Shown here in pieces: positions 48,816 through 59,065 of a stretch of 64,000 bases of DNA (the stretch's first letter is position 1; every line of letters begins with the position of its first letter). Both the position numbers and the translations under genes were made by a program. Source of the stretch: Poseidonia sp. (GTDB lineage: Archaea; Thermoplasmatota; Poseidoniia; Poseidoniales; Poseidoniaceae); the NCBI GenBank assembly GCA_016778305.1, contig JADHPT010000002.1, positions 3,649-67,648 on the forward strand, given 5' to 3'. Below the pieces are notes generated by a model. That model made no database searches, had not been told where the DNA came from, and was given only the letters and a program-made list of their open reading frames with translations.

Positions 48816-50824
48816 CACAACGAATCCTGCAATTGGATGATACAACCATCGGTCACATTGCGGCTGGTGAAGTTGTTGAACGCCCAGCACAAGTAGTCAA
48901 GGAATTGATTGAGAACAGTCTTGACGCGGGTTCAACAAGCGTGTCAATCACCGTTGAAAACGGGGGTTTTGATGCATTGGTCGTGGAAGACAATGGCTCA
49001 GGTATTGTCGCCGAAGACCTACCGCTAGCTCTCGACCGTCACGCAACCTCAAAATTAACCAATAAAAATGACCTCGCATCTATTGCATCCTTGGGTTTTC
49101 GCGGTGAAGCTTTGGCCAGTATCGGCATGGTCGCTCGGTTGACCATCGCCAGTCGACCAGCATCTACTGAGGGTGCGAGTATCGTGATGGAAGACGGAAT
49201 CAAGAACGATGCGAAACCAACGGGAATGCCCGAAGGTACCAGAATATCTGTTGAGCATCTGTTCCAAAACACACCCGCACGTCTTGCATTCCAACGTCGT
49301 CCAGAAACAGAAACTGCCCGCATTGTGGACGTTGTCGTAAGCCACGCCCTCGCCCACCCAGAATGCTCATTCCATCTGAAAACAGAGCGAAGAACCTTGC
49401 TCAACGTGCCTGCGACTGACGACATGCTTGACCGGCTTTACGACATCATGGGTGCTCAAGCCACGGATTTAATCGGATTAAAGCAACCACCTGACGATGA
49501 AGAAGCGCCTGGTAGCGAGCGATGGGAGGGGTGGATCAGTACTCCTGACATTACCCGTGGAAAGGGCGATGATATCCACATCCTGATCAATGACCGTCCA
49601 GTTGCAGCTGGTCCCTTCCTGCAGGCCATTCGGCGCGGTTACAAGACCCGTCTCATGCACGGGCGCCACCCCGTTGCAGTACTCAACCTTACATGCCCTC
49701 CAAATGAGGTCGACGTGAATGTTCACCCGACCAAGCGGGAAGTGCGATTGAGGCATTCATGGCGTGTGCTTGAGCGTTTGGAACGAGCCATTGCTCATTC
49801 TCTTGAGCAAACCCCAACTGAACCCGACGCAACGGGCGGGATACCAGCACTCCAGGGTTTGAAACAAAGTAAAGCCCCTACGTTAGTGGAAACTCACTTA
49901 GCACCTCAAGCCAGAATTAAAGAGATGGATGATGCCTTGAGTTCAGCCGCAGGCTTGAATCAACAACGTACCTCACAACCCACAGAACCCGTGGCCCCAC
50001 CAGCATGGGCTGTTGCTGCTGGTCGTCAACTCAATCTCGTTGGAGATGAAGCGCCTGAAGAACCTGATAAAACCAAGGCGAGACCGATTTCATCATCACC
50101 TTTGGGCCAGGCGACACTTCCAAACATGGACAATATTGTGATTTCACCAGCACTGTCCTCAGGAGAACGCCATCTTCACCGACTTTCAGGAACCATTCAA
50201 AGCCATTCACCAGAGGCTGAAATGCCGCTTGATGGAGTTCTCAATGAATTACCCGAGATGGAACCCCTCGCTCAATTTGCCGATTCATACATCCTTGTTC
50301 AAGCGGGAGATGAACTTCTCTTGGTGGACCAACATGCCCTGCATGAACGTATCAGATACGAACGATTGAGACATTCAGGTCAAGCCTGGGAACCTCAGCA
50401 ACGACTTACTCCACTCTCACTGGAACTCGACGCACGACAAGCTGCTGTAGTCGACGCACAGAAGGAGCGATTAATCTCGCTTGGATTCCACCTTGAACGA
50501 ATTGATGAGGATTGGTGCCTGACTGCATCACCTCAATTGCTGGATGGAGAATCGCTTCGTTCCTTTTTCCTTGATGTGCTCCAGGATGTTGCAGAGGATG
50601 GGGCTCCGCTTGAAACAATAGAGGATCGAAAAGATCACATTGCATTCATGAATGCCTGCAGGGGTGCTGTCAAAGCGAATCAATCGCTGACCTTGCCTGA
50701 AATGCGCCGATTGCTTGAAGACATGAGGCGTATTCCAAATCCGTGGGCTTGCGTCCATGGGCGTCCAACTTCGTTACGCATACCGGTTGACAGCCTTGAC
50801 CATCACTTTGGCAGGCACGGTTGA
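48812..50824 (+). CDS. mutL: DNA mismatch repair protein MutL.
   Basis: GHKL ATPase N-terminus (IAAGEVVERPAQVVKELIENSLDAG). Overlaps the mutS stop by 4 bp. Confidence 0.9.
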   Translation: MTQRILQLDDTTIGHIAAGEVVERPAQVVKELIENSLDAGSTSVSITVENGGFDALVVEDNGSGIVAEDLPLALDRHATSKLTNKNDLASIASLGFRGEALASIGMVARLTIASRPASTEGASIVMEDGIKNDAKPTGMPEGTRISVEHLFQNTPARLAFQRRPETETARIVDVVVSHALAHPECSFHLKTERRTLLNVPATDDMLDRLYDIMGAQATDLIGLKQPPDDEEAPGSERWEGWISTPDITRGKGDDIHILINDRPVAAGPFLQAIRRGYKTRLMHGRHPVAVLNLTCPPNEVDVNVHPTKREVRLRHSWRVLERLERAIAHSLEQTPTEPDATGGIPALQGLKQSKAPTLVETHLAPQARIKEMDDALSSAAGLNQQRTSQPTEPVAPPAWAVAAGRQLNLVGDEAPEEPDKTKARPISSSPLGQATLPNMDNIVISPALSSGERHLHRLSGTIQSHSPEAEMPLDGVLNELPEMEPLAQFADSYILVQAGDELLLVDQHALHERIRYERLRHSGQAWEPQQRLTPLSLELDARQAAVVDAQKERLISLGFHLERIDEDWCLTASPQLLDGESLRSFFLDVLQDVAEDGAPLETIEDRKDHIAFMNACRGAVKANQSLTLPEMRRLLEDMRRIPNPWACVHGRPTSLRIPVDSLDHHFGRHG

Positions 50825-50825
50825 T

Positions 50826-52244
50826 TCACCAGTGTTGATGCAGGTTGACCTTTGCATCAACCCCAACGTCAATCCATCGTTGCACGGCATATGGGTCGGC
50901 AACTGCGTGAAGGTTTGCGCCTTCGATGACAACCTTTTGATCACACCCCATTGCTAAGACAATGGCTGTCATTTGCATTCGGTGATCGTGATAGGTCTCA
51001 ACCAACTCTTTGGGAGAGGTCAATGATTGGCCACCAGGTATGGACAACCCACCTTCGATGGATGTGGACTTGATGCCGAAGGCTGCGAGGAGTGTTTGAG
51101 TGTGCTTGAGGCGATTCGTTTCCTTGTATGCTGCGTGTGCTGCGCCTATTATTTCACCACCGCCACTCAAAGCGAGAAGAGCAGATAAGGGCGTAATGAG
51201 GTCGTTAGCATCCCGTAGGTCATAGGTTGATGGAGCATGTGCCTCCATTGAGGAGATGGTATTGGTATCAAGATTCATCCCCAGATCCTTTGCACGTTGC
51301 ATCAATACTTCATGCCCAAGGCTGTCCTCATCAAGCGGTAGCATCGCCATCTCTACAGGTACTCCTACAACCTTAGAGGCAAGCATGGCAAAGGCGAGCA
51401 TGGAGCAGTCAGGAGGCATATGGAGGTCTATTTGTGAAAATACTGGCTCCCAAGGCTTCAGAATATCGTTACTCACAGGATTGCATCCAAGCGACTCACA
51501 CATGTCACCAGTTAATGACGCATGGCGACGGGAGACTGCATCGCCATCGAGTGAGAGATGAAGATCTGAGGGTAAAGCCGGCGAGGCTATCAACCATGCA
51601 GAAGTTGGTTGACTGGATTTTTCTGTATTGATATTCAGGCGTTCAGGGCATTTCCAAGGCCCCTGAACCAGCAGAGGCAGCATCTCCGCACCCTCTCCGT
51701 GAGATGATTCAACACGAAATTGATGCAGTGTATCGATCATACTCGAATAATCTCTTGAACGGAGGGATGCGTCACCATCGAGCATAATGGGTACGTCAAA
51801 GCGAGCACATAAAGCCATCAAAAGGCGAAGGGCTGTACCTGAATTACCTGCATGGAGGACACTGATTGGAGCTTTCAATCCGTTTGGCCCGCAACCTTGT
51901 ACCTGCCATGCTACGCTTTCAGGATGCGGATTGAGGTCAACGTTTGGAAGGTTTGGGAGTGCTTCACCATTGAGATCCAAATCAGTAATGTTTACACCCA
52001 TTTGAATCAAACATCGGCGCATGGAAATGACATCTTTTCCAGCATACTGCATGTTGTGGAAGGTGATCTGCTGATTGCTTTGGGCAGCAAGAGCAAGCCA
52101 CCGTATGGCGTGACTTTTCGAGGGGGGGAGGCTCCAATGTATCTGTTCTATAGAGGCTTTATTATCGACTTCAAGAACCTCGATATAACTTCCTTTTTCT
52201 CCACGGCCCGAGGGTTTCCAACGCTTCACCCAAGCCCTGCCCAT
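50826..52244 (-). CDS. aroA: 3-phosphoshikimate 1-carboxyvinyltransferase (EPSP synthase).
   Basis: LPPSKSHAIRWLALAA N-terminal motif. Two-domain EPSPS length. Confidence 0.75.
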   Translation of the reverse strand: MGRAWVKRWKPSGRGEKGSYIEVLEVDNKASIEQIHWSLPPSKSHAIRWLALAAQSNQQITFHNMQYAGKDVISMRRCLIQMGVNITDLDLNGEALPNLPNVDLNPHPESVAWQVQGCGPNGLKAPISVLHAGNSGTALRLLMALCARFDVPIMLDGDASLRSRDYSSMIDTLHQFRVESSHGEGAEMLPLLVQGPWKCPERLNINTEKSSQPTSAWLIASPALPSDLHLSLDGDAVSRRHASLTGDMCESLGCNPVSNDILKPWEPVFSQIDLHMPPDCSMLAFAMLASKVVGVPVEMAMLPLDEDSLGHEVLMQRAKDLGMNLDTNTISSMEAHAPSTYDLRDANDLITPLSALLALSGGGEIIGAAHAAYKETNRLKHTQTLLAAFGIKSTSIEGGLSIPGGQSLTSPKELVETYHDHRMQMTAIVLAMGCDQKVVIEGANLHAVADPYAVQRWIDVGVDAKVNLHQHW

Positions 52245-52318
52245 GAATCCCCGTCAGCCTGTGTCCATCATGAACCCTTGCAATACAGATTCAAGAACCG
52301 CCACACGGTGCGGTTAAC

Positions 52319-53326
52319 ATGACGCTGGTGGACGCAAGGAATCGTCCCCTGCGCGACCTGCGTATTTCGGTCACGGATCGATGTAATTTCCGTTGTACAT
52401 ACTGCATGCCCAGAGAGCATTTCGGACCGCAGCATCCCTTTTTACCTCGTGATGAATTGTTGACATATGAAGAGATGGCCTTTGTGACGGCATCGCTTCT
52501 TCCTCTCGGGCTCCAAAAAATACGACTCACTGGTGGAGAGCCACTCTTGCGCAAGAACATCACAACGCTTATCCAACACTTGCGAGCGCTTGATCCATCC
52601 CTTGACATTGCCCTCACAACCAATGGTGCACTTCTTCTTGAACACGCAGCCTCCCTCAAAGAGGCAGGTCTCAATCGAGTGACTGTGAGCCTTGACGCAC
52701 TGGACGAGGATACATTCCAATCCCTTGCAGATACGACAAAACACACACCAAAAGTGATTCTGAAGGGCATCCAAAAGGCCGCAGATGTCGGCCTTGGCGT
52801 CAAGGTCAATACCGTCGTGAAAAAAGGCGTGAATGATGCAGAGATACTACCGCTCGCTGAACAATTTGAATCCATGGGAGTTCCGCTTCGATTTATTGAA
52901 TTCATGGATGTAGGCAATACAAATGCCTGGAAGATGGAAGATGTGATGAGTGGAAGCGACATTCGGGAACTGCTCAGTCAGCGGTTCGGACCCCTCACTC
53001 CCGTCCGAGGACAGCAAGCAAGCGAAGTTGCAAAACGCTACAGCACACCCGAAGGATACGAGTTTGGATTCATTGAATCCGTGACATCTCCCTTTTGTGG
53101 CGATTGTACTCGGGCGAGGTTATCTGCTAACGGACAAATCTACACCTGCCTTTTCGCAACAGAGGGGCATGACATCAAATCGATCCTAAGGATGGATGGT
53201 ACAACCCAAGAAATTGGTGAGGCCATCGCATCGATTTGGACCAAAAGAAATGACCGCTATTCGGAAGAACGTGGTGCAAAAAATCGCCCTGATACGAAGG
53301 TTGAGATGTCCTTCATTGGGGGTTAA
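52319..53326 (+). CDS. moaA: GTP 3',8-cyclase MoaA (radical SAM).
   Basis: LRISVTDRCNFRCTYCMP CxxxCxxC cluster motif. C-terminal MoaA Cys triad CGDC...C. Confidence 0.85.
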   Translation: MTLVDARNRPLRDLRISVTDRCNFRCTYCMPREHFGPQHPFLPRDELLTYEEMAFVTASLLPLGLQKIRLTGGEPLLRKNITTLIQHLRALDPSLDIALTTNGALLLEHAASLKEAGLNRVTVSLDALDEDTFQSLADTTKHTPKVILKGIQKAADVGLGVKVNTVVKKGVNDAEILPLAEQFESMGVPLRFIEFMDVGNTNAWKMEDVMSGSDIRELLSQRFGPLTPVRGQQASEVAKRYSTPEGYEFGFIESVTSPFCGDCTRARLSANGQIYTCLFATEGHDIKSILRMDGTTQEIGEAIASIWTKRNDRYSEERGAKNRPDTKVEMSFIGG

Positions 53327-53818
53327 TTACCGCATTGCAGGAAGCGCCACGTCGATGAGTAAAACACCTGCCGATTCTTCAATGAGGCGGAATCGCCAGG
53401 TTCCATCATCAGAACCGATGGTTTGTGAATCGATGACAAAATAGTCTCCTTGTGTCACTGAATAGCCTGCATCCCGATCATGGAAGGAGACATTTGAACC
53501 GACCACGCCGTACACGTCGTCACCCGAAACCTGCCCTCGTATGGGAACGGATTCAGTAAGGTTTGATGGTTGAAGGTCGAACTTGAGCCGTGCTGGGTCA
53601 ATGGATTGGTCTAGGCTGGTAATTCGGACAACATGGAAACCATTGTCAAGCGCACGTACACTCACTGTTGCTTGCGGAGGAGCTTTTTCTACGGTTGTCA
53701 ATGCCCCCTGCATCAAGACGAAGACCATGCTTGACAGCATCACTGTGATGGCGAGAAGAAGGACCGTTGCGATGACTGGGCTGACGGCTTCACCATCCCT
53801 CCTTAGTGTGCCTCGCAT
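53327..53818 (-). CDS. Archaeal type IV pilin-like protein with a class III signal peptide.
   Basis: N-terminus RRDGEAVSPVIATVLLLAITVMLS matches the archaeal prepilin-type consensus (G/A-x-SPVIATVLL.AITV). Confidence 0.6.
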   Translation of the reverse strand: MRGTLRRDGEAVSPVIATVLLLAITVMLSSMVFVLMQGALTTVEKAPPQATVSVRALDNGFHVVRITSLDQSIDPARLKFDLQPSNLTESVPIRGQVSGDDVYGVVGSNVSFHDRDAGYSVTQGDYFVIDSQTIGSDDGTWRFRLIEESAGVLLIDVALPAMR

Positions 53819-53886
53819 ACCAACACCACACGGTCAAATCACTTGAACCAACCGATGATTAAATCGGTCTCAGGATTCATTTGATG

Positions 53887-55032
53887 TCACAAAATCCAAA
53901 CTGAACGCTCGCATTCCATGGCGCGTTTTATGCCACCTATCGGGCCGAGAACACGAAGGATGAGTTCGGTAAGAACATCACCACGCATGAAAGCGTAGCC
54001 CATGTTTTTACTTCGCAGAGAATTCTTCAGTGCTTTGCCCATACTGGCTCGTACTCTGTCTTCATAGGAATTAAGGGGTGTGCCCTTGTTGATGTTGTCG
54101 AGGATTGACTCAGCGGCAAAGCATCCTGAAATAATCGCTTGACTGATACCGCCGCCGTTGCTCGGCATGACCAAGCCAGCAGCGTCCCCAACAGCAAGGG
54201 TAGTTCCATCAACCATGCGACGAACAGGCCCGCCCATCGGAATCCAGCCACCACCAATCGACAAAATTTCCAAATCAAGGTCCTTGCAAAACTGCTCGAG
54301 GTGGTCTTTCAGTGAGCCTTTCAACTTCCCTGCCCGAACCCCCAAACCGACATTTGCAAAGTTTGGTCCCTTAGGGATGATCCAAGCGTAGCCTGAAGGG
54401 GCGACTGAGCCAAGAAATACGTCAAAGGTTTCAGGTACATTTCCTTTGACTTGGGCGTAGATTGTTGGTACTTGATCGTCAGGACGAACATCTGGGTCTT
54501 GACCGTGCCTTAGCCGACCAACGTGTGCGAGACTTCCCGAGGCGTCGATAAGATAGTCACAAGAAAACCTGCCCTCTGAGGTAACAAGAAGGTCTCGATT
54601 CTTTTTTCGCTGATGTTGAATTCGTTTGAGCGGGGTGTTAATTCGAATTTCTGCACCTGCATGCACCGCTTTATCTGCCAAGTAGCCATCAAATTGCAAA
54701 CGGTGACCTGCAAAGGCATCAAGCGCAAAATCATAGGATTTTCCAGAGGGAAGGAAGACGCGCATGTTATCCAAACGATGGAGGCGAAGGCGGTCTGGGA
54801 AATCAAAATATGTCTCCAACCAATCGTGGTCTTCTAGATTCTTGAAGGTCCCAATGACCTCACCCCAATTTGGTATACACTCGCCGCATTGGGCCGGATT
54901 GCCGATGATTGTTCGCCGTTCGAGAACCAAAACGTCAATTCCATCTTCAGCAAGGCGTTGGGCGCATGCAGTTCCAGCAGGACCTGCCCCAATCACGATG
55001 ACTTGCCGATGTTCAACAGATTTTACCACCAT
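53887..55032 (-). CDS. Geranylgeranyl reductase family flavoprotein.
   Basis: VIVIGAGPAGTACA FAD-binding N-terminus. GGR family length. Confidence 0.8.
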   Translation of the reverse strand: MVVKSVEHRQVIVIGAGPAGTACAQRLAEDGIDVLVLERRTIIGNPAQCGECIPNWGEVIGTFKNLEDHDWLETYFDFPDRLRLHRLDNMRVFLPSGKSYDFALDAFAGHRLQFDGYLADKAVHAGAEIRINTPLKRIQHQRKKNRDLLVTSEGRFSCDYLIDASGSLAHVGRLRHGQDPDVRPDDQVPTIYAQVKGNVPETFDVFLGSVAPSGYAWIIPKGPNFANVGLGVRAGKLKGSLKDHLEQFCKDLDLEILSIGGGWIPMGGPVRRMVDGTTLAVGDAAGLVMPSNGGGISQAIISGCFAAESILDNINKGTPLNSYEDRVRASMGKALKNSLRSKNMGYAFMRGDVLTELILRVLGPIGGIKRAMECERSVWIL

Positions 55033-55041
55033 AAATTCACC

Positions 55042-56025
55042 TCAGGTGTGGCGTTGCATCACAAAATCGGTAATGAGGAGGAGGACTTCTTTGGCCTGGG
55101 AATCTGGGAACTTATCCAATTCGCTACGAGCACGTTCCAAATGCGTTCGGACAAGGATTTCGGCATACTCCATACTGTCTGAACGGTTAAGCAGCGCCAT
55201 TAATTCATCAAAGTGCTCGTCGCTGAAGGATTCAATGAGGTCAGCGAGACGTTGTCGATGAGGTCCGTGGGAAAGGGTGAGGGCGTGAATGAGCGGGAGG
55301 GTCATCTTGCCCTCATAGACATCAGCGCCTCGGGGCTTGCCCATGCGTTCATCGCCTCGGAGATCGAGTAGATCATCAACCAGCTGGAAGGCGATTCCCA
55401 ATTCCATTCCGAACCGTTTGAGCCCGAGGGCCCGATCGGGTGAAAGACCTGCGGTTAATCCAGCAGCATGACATCCTGCGGCAAAGGGTCCTGCGGTTTT
55501 TCCACGGACAATGGCCAAGTAATCCTCTGGAGAAGTGGCGAGATTGTGCACGTGATCGAGTTGGAGAAATTCTGAGACTGCCATGTTGGCACAACTCCTT
55601 GCAATGATATCAACGACTTCCTCACTCTGCCGTACTGCGAGAGAAAACCCTTGAACAAAAAGCCAATCTCCTGCTATCACTGCTTTGGCTTGACCAAATT
55701 GAGTGTGAATGGTAGGTATCCCTCGACGTTCAAGTGCATTGTCATTGATATCATCGTGGACCAGTGTGGCAGTATGAATCAATTCAAAGCCCAGAGCGAG
55801 GGGCATGACCTCTGACTCATCTTGACCCCCGGCCAGTTGGTAGGCGAGCAACAGGAGGAGGGGGCGCAATCGCTTCCCACCCGCATTCAGGATACGACCC
55901 GCTTCCCTGGCTACTTCTCCTGCACCCTGTTCAAGTTCGGTCTCGATAAGCGAATGCAGGGCTGTGTTGACGCGTTCGCGCATGGAGTCCAACGCGAATT
56001 GAAGGGTATCGACATCACTGCGCAC
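55042..56025 (-). CDS. idsA: Polyprenyl (geranylgeranyl) diphosphate synthase.
   Basis: First aspartate-rich motif LVHDDINDNA and second motif QLVDDLLD. Confidence 0.85.
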   Translation of the reverse strand: MRSDVDTLQFALDSMRERVNTALHSLIETELEQGAGEVAREAGRILNAGGKRLRPLLLLLAYQLAGGQDESEVMPLALGFELIHTATLVHDDINDNALERRGIPTIHTQFGQAKAVIAGDWLFVQGFSLAVRQSEEVVDIIARSCANMAVSEFLQLDHVHNLATSPEDYLAIVRGKTAGPFAAGCHAAGLTAGLSPDRALGLKRFGMELGIAFQLVDDLLDLRGDERMGKPRGADVYEGKMTLPLIHALTLSHGPHRQRLADLIESFSDEHFDELMALLNRSDSMEYAEILVRTHLERARSELDKFPDSQAKEVLLLITDFVMQRHT

Positions 56026-56103
56026 AGTCTACGGAAGACGGTGGGCTTCTTAACCAGTCGTCACCGCCCATAACCTGCGAGGGCTTGCTCTCGCCGAGGT
56101 CAT

Positions 56104-57216
56104 TTGATGGAAAATAGGGAGCGGTTGGTGATTCTAACGACGCCGTCTCGCGGAGACGGCGTTCGACTTCACGTTGAGCGTGCAGTCGATACCCACGGCA
56201 AAAAAATGGACCTCCTCATGAAGCAATTGCCCCACATGGAAACAGCCATCGAAACACTGCGAGACGGCACGGGAGATATCCTCGCAATGAGTGCCTTTGA
56301 TTGGGAACACTTTGACACCTCTACACTGAGCATTGCAGGACTTTTGAGCCGTAAAGAGCCCACGTGGGTGTTGGTTGCAGATGACAAACCAGAATATCTT
56401 GAAAACGAGGCCGTCGTTGTTTGTGACCACGAACTTCTCCGCCGCCAAATGAGGCGCATGCGTCCCGACGTGGTCCTGAAAACGAGTGCTGCCATCGCAT
56501 CAGATGTGGGAGATTCAGAGATGTTTGAATCACTTGAATCAGGTGAACATTGGTCTTGGTTAGAAAGTCAACGCAAGAAGGGAGTCATCGACGGTTTTAT
56601 TGCCCCGAGAAGCATTCATTCGGATTATCGTTTCAAAGGTCGACGACACACGCTTGGGCTTCAACGTGATACTTCCGAGCAAAATAGAGAGCGATTTATC
56701 CCACCACCACTGCACGGATTTACACTCTTGGTGACGCGCCAAGGATTTCATCCTTCAAAAATCCAGGAAATGTTGGACCCAAGTGCCTACCTAGCATACC
56801 GTCTTGAATCGGCCATGATGGAGAGCCTCGATGATGATCTTCGGCCCATAACGGGTATTTTTGTCGAACAACGAAAAATATCAACCATCCTTAAAAAAGC
56901 AAGAGAAAATGAAGACGAGGTTGTGCTCAATGCCCTCACCGACCCTGACAAACCCACCAAAAAATCACTTCGACCTGGGCCTCGTGTTGAAATGATGATT
57001 GAAACATTGAACCCTTCTGGAACTGTCACTGCCGCCTGTGAACGAATGGTCGTCACCGAGGACAGCCACGTTGGAATGGTGAACTTGCTTCGGGAATTCA
57101 TTCACCTCATCACCATCATGACCTCGGATCATGAGGCCACGAAACGTAAGATTCCAGGCATGCCCGATGCGTTCAGTGACGCCAGCCCGAAGCTTCTGGA
57201 CTTTGATGAAAATTAA
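56104..57216 (+). CDS. Divergent hydroxymethylbilane synthase (HemC)-like protein. Tentative.
   Basis: Segments resemble HemC blocks: LSIAGLLSRKEP, ELLRRQMRRMRPDV and a Lys-less MSAFD in place of SMKD. The catalytic Lys appears substituted. Confidence 0.35.
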   Translation: MMENRERLVILTTPSRGDGVRLHVERAVDTHGKKMDLLMKQLPHMETAIETLRDGTGDILAMSAFDWEHFDTSTLSIAGLLSRKEPTWVLVADDKPEYLENEAVVVCDHELLRRQMRRMRPDVVLKTSAAIASDVGDSEMFESLESGEHWSWLESQRKKGVIDGFIAPRSIHSDYRFKGRRHTLGLQRDTSEQNRERFIPPPLHGFTLLVTRQGFHPSKIQEMLDPSAYLAYRLESAMMESLDDDLRPITGIFVEQRKISTILKKARENEDEVVLNALTDPDKPTKKSLRPGPRVEMMIETLNPSGTVTAACERMVVTEDSHVGMVNLLREFIHLITIMTSDHEATKRKIPGMPDAFSDASPKLLDFDEN

Positions 57217-57323
57217 GCCAGCGGTTCCTCCCCTACCATTGGAAAATCGGCCTTCACACCGTAAGGTCACTGCGAAGACATATATGCTTTCAATGCGGCA
57301 AATCATGCATAGGTGAGTTCCGA

Positions 57324-59063
57324 ATGGACAAATCAGCATTACTTGCGACCCTCTATCAGGCTCGCTTTGATGATTTGAAAACCACTGCTGGGGAGCACAA
57401 TTTACCTAAATCGGGTTCAGTTGAAATGCTACGCGCACGATTGATTCGCAATCTTATTTTGAGCGATTGGGACTTCTCCACTGATGGCTTGAAGACGATC
57501 AGCAATGCTGACCTCGGAGAGTTATTGGGAATCTTTGGAATCAAGAAATCGGGTTCGATCAAGGCTCGTCGTCAACGCTTGCACCTCCATCTCCATCACG
57601 ACCCTAAACAACTGACTACCGATAAATTGGATGAGAAAACAAAAGAGGAAATCCATGCCTTGTGCAAGGACCTCGAATTACCACTTTCTGGCAATAAACA
57701 GACCCTTCTTGTCAGAGTTGCAGGCGTTTTAGCCTCACAAGAGAATGCTTGGGGCAAAGTCAAGAAAAGCCTCAGGAGACCTCGAAATGCTGCCAACCTC
57801 CCAGCCATTCCACGGTGGGAAGAGGAAACCGTTGAGTCGCCTGAGGTTGAAGAAACGGTGAGTCATTTTGTTGAAGACCATGACGAGGGATGGACCTTTG
57901 AGGAAGAAACAAATCTTCGCGAAGAACTGGCCCAAATGGGTCATGAAATTTCTCAGGCTACCATTGCATCGAGCGTAGATGAAGAACTTCGCGTGCAGCA
58001 AACCAAGGATGAGCGGAGTATTCCTCCAATGATTCAAGAAACAGGCTCTCAGGAGACCTATAGCCTTGAAATTGAGGCAGCCCTCCTTGAGATGCGAGAG
58101 CGAATGGCTGAAGTTCATGCCCTCGCCCGTGATTTCCTTATGGTCAGTTCAACCACCAACGAGGACGATATGCGAGCCTTCATCGATTCAATGCGGCATC
58201 ACGGATTTTCAACCGATCTTCCTCCAGTCCACCAAGCTATCCATCAAGCGATTATGGAATTAGACTATCAAATTCAACAGGAGAGCACTGCCGCCGTGGC
58301 TATGCCACAATCGTGGAGTGAGCGAGAGGCTTTACGCTTCTTTGAGCAGGTGCGTAGCACGCTTCGGGACCGACTGGAAAACATGCTTGCACTCAATCCC
58401 AACGACCCAGTGAAAGCCAGAATGGCCTTTGAAGGCGAAGCGAGAGAACTCGGGCTTGACCTCCGCATTCCTAGTATCTCCGGACGAGTTCATGCATTGT
58501 TTGACCTTCACCTGGAAATTGCTGAGACGCAGGCTCTGCACGATCCTACGGTCCAACGAAGGGAGCGAATGATGCGTATTTTACATCGGGGAGCGATTCA
58601 CATGAACGAACGTGAACGTATGACAATTGAGCGACTGGAGCGAAATATTGGATCCTTTGAAGAACTTGTCCAAACCATTCTTGAAAGCGGAGAAGACGGC
58701 TTTGATGAGGCACAACAAGCACTTGTCATTCGCTTCCTTGAATCAAAAGGCTATGATGTCAATACTGCTGATTTGAGACCGCGTGTGCTGGCATGTGCGG
58801 GAATTCTCGGAGCAGAATTAGGATTCCTCTCTCCCAGTGAAATCCCGCGCATTGCCCCCGGAGTATTGGTCAGTGAAACCGAAGTTGACGCCATCGTCAT
58901 CGAGCTTAAGGCCTTGGCATCGAGTTTCAAGACCGAAGAAATTGAAGAAGGCGATCTCGACGAAGAAATAGCAGAATCCGTTGCGGATGCTGCGCACAAT
59001 ATCAATCGTGTCAAAAGTAAAATCGACCGCGTGGACGACTTACTAAACCGCCTTCGTGGCTAA
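57324..59063 (+). CDS. Protein with three tandem N-terminal SAP-like domains and a long coiled-coil/acidic C-terminal region.
   Basis: Three consecutive SAP-like helix-loop-helix units: LKTTAGEHNLPKSGSVEMLRARLIRNL, LGELLGIFGIKKSGSIKARRQRLHLHL and IHALCKDLELPLSGNKQTLLVRVAGVL. Confidence 0.55.
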   Translation: MDKSALLATLYQARFDDLKTTAGEHNLPKSGSVEMLRARLIRNLILSDWDFSTDGLKTISNADLGELLGIFGIKKSGSIKARRQRLHLHLHHDPKQLTTDKLDEKTKEEIHALCKDLELPLSGNKQTLLVRVAGVLASQENAWGKVKKSLRRPRNAANLPAIPRWEEETVESPEVEETVSHFVEDHDEGWTFEEETNLREELAQMGHEISQATIASSVDEELRVQQTKDERSIPPMIQETGSQETYSLEIEAALLEMRERMAEVHALARDFLMVSSTTNEDDMRAFIDSMRHHGFSTDLPPVHQAIHQAIMELDYQIQQESTAAVAMPQSWSEREALRFFEQVRSTLRDRLENMLALNPNDPVKARMAFEGEARELGLDLRIPSISGRVHALFDLHLEIAETQALHDPTVQRRERMMRILHRGAIHMNERERMTIERLERNIGSFEELVQTILESGEDGFDEAQQALVIRFLESKGYDVNTADLRPRVLACAGILGAELGFLSPSEIPRIAPGVLVSETEVDAIVIELKALASSFKTEEIEEGDLDEEIAESVADAAHNINRVKSKIDRVDDLLNRLRG

Positions 59064-59065
59064 AT

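Noticed and set aside
52291-52962. 223-aa minus-strand ORF antisense to moaA.
   Set aside because: It lies fully inside the radical-SAM moaA coding region, whose product has clear conserved motifs. The antisense product is low-complexity.
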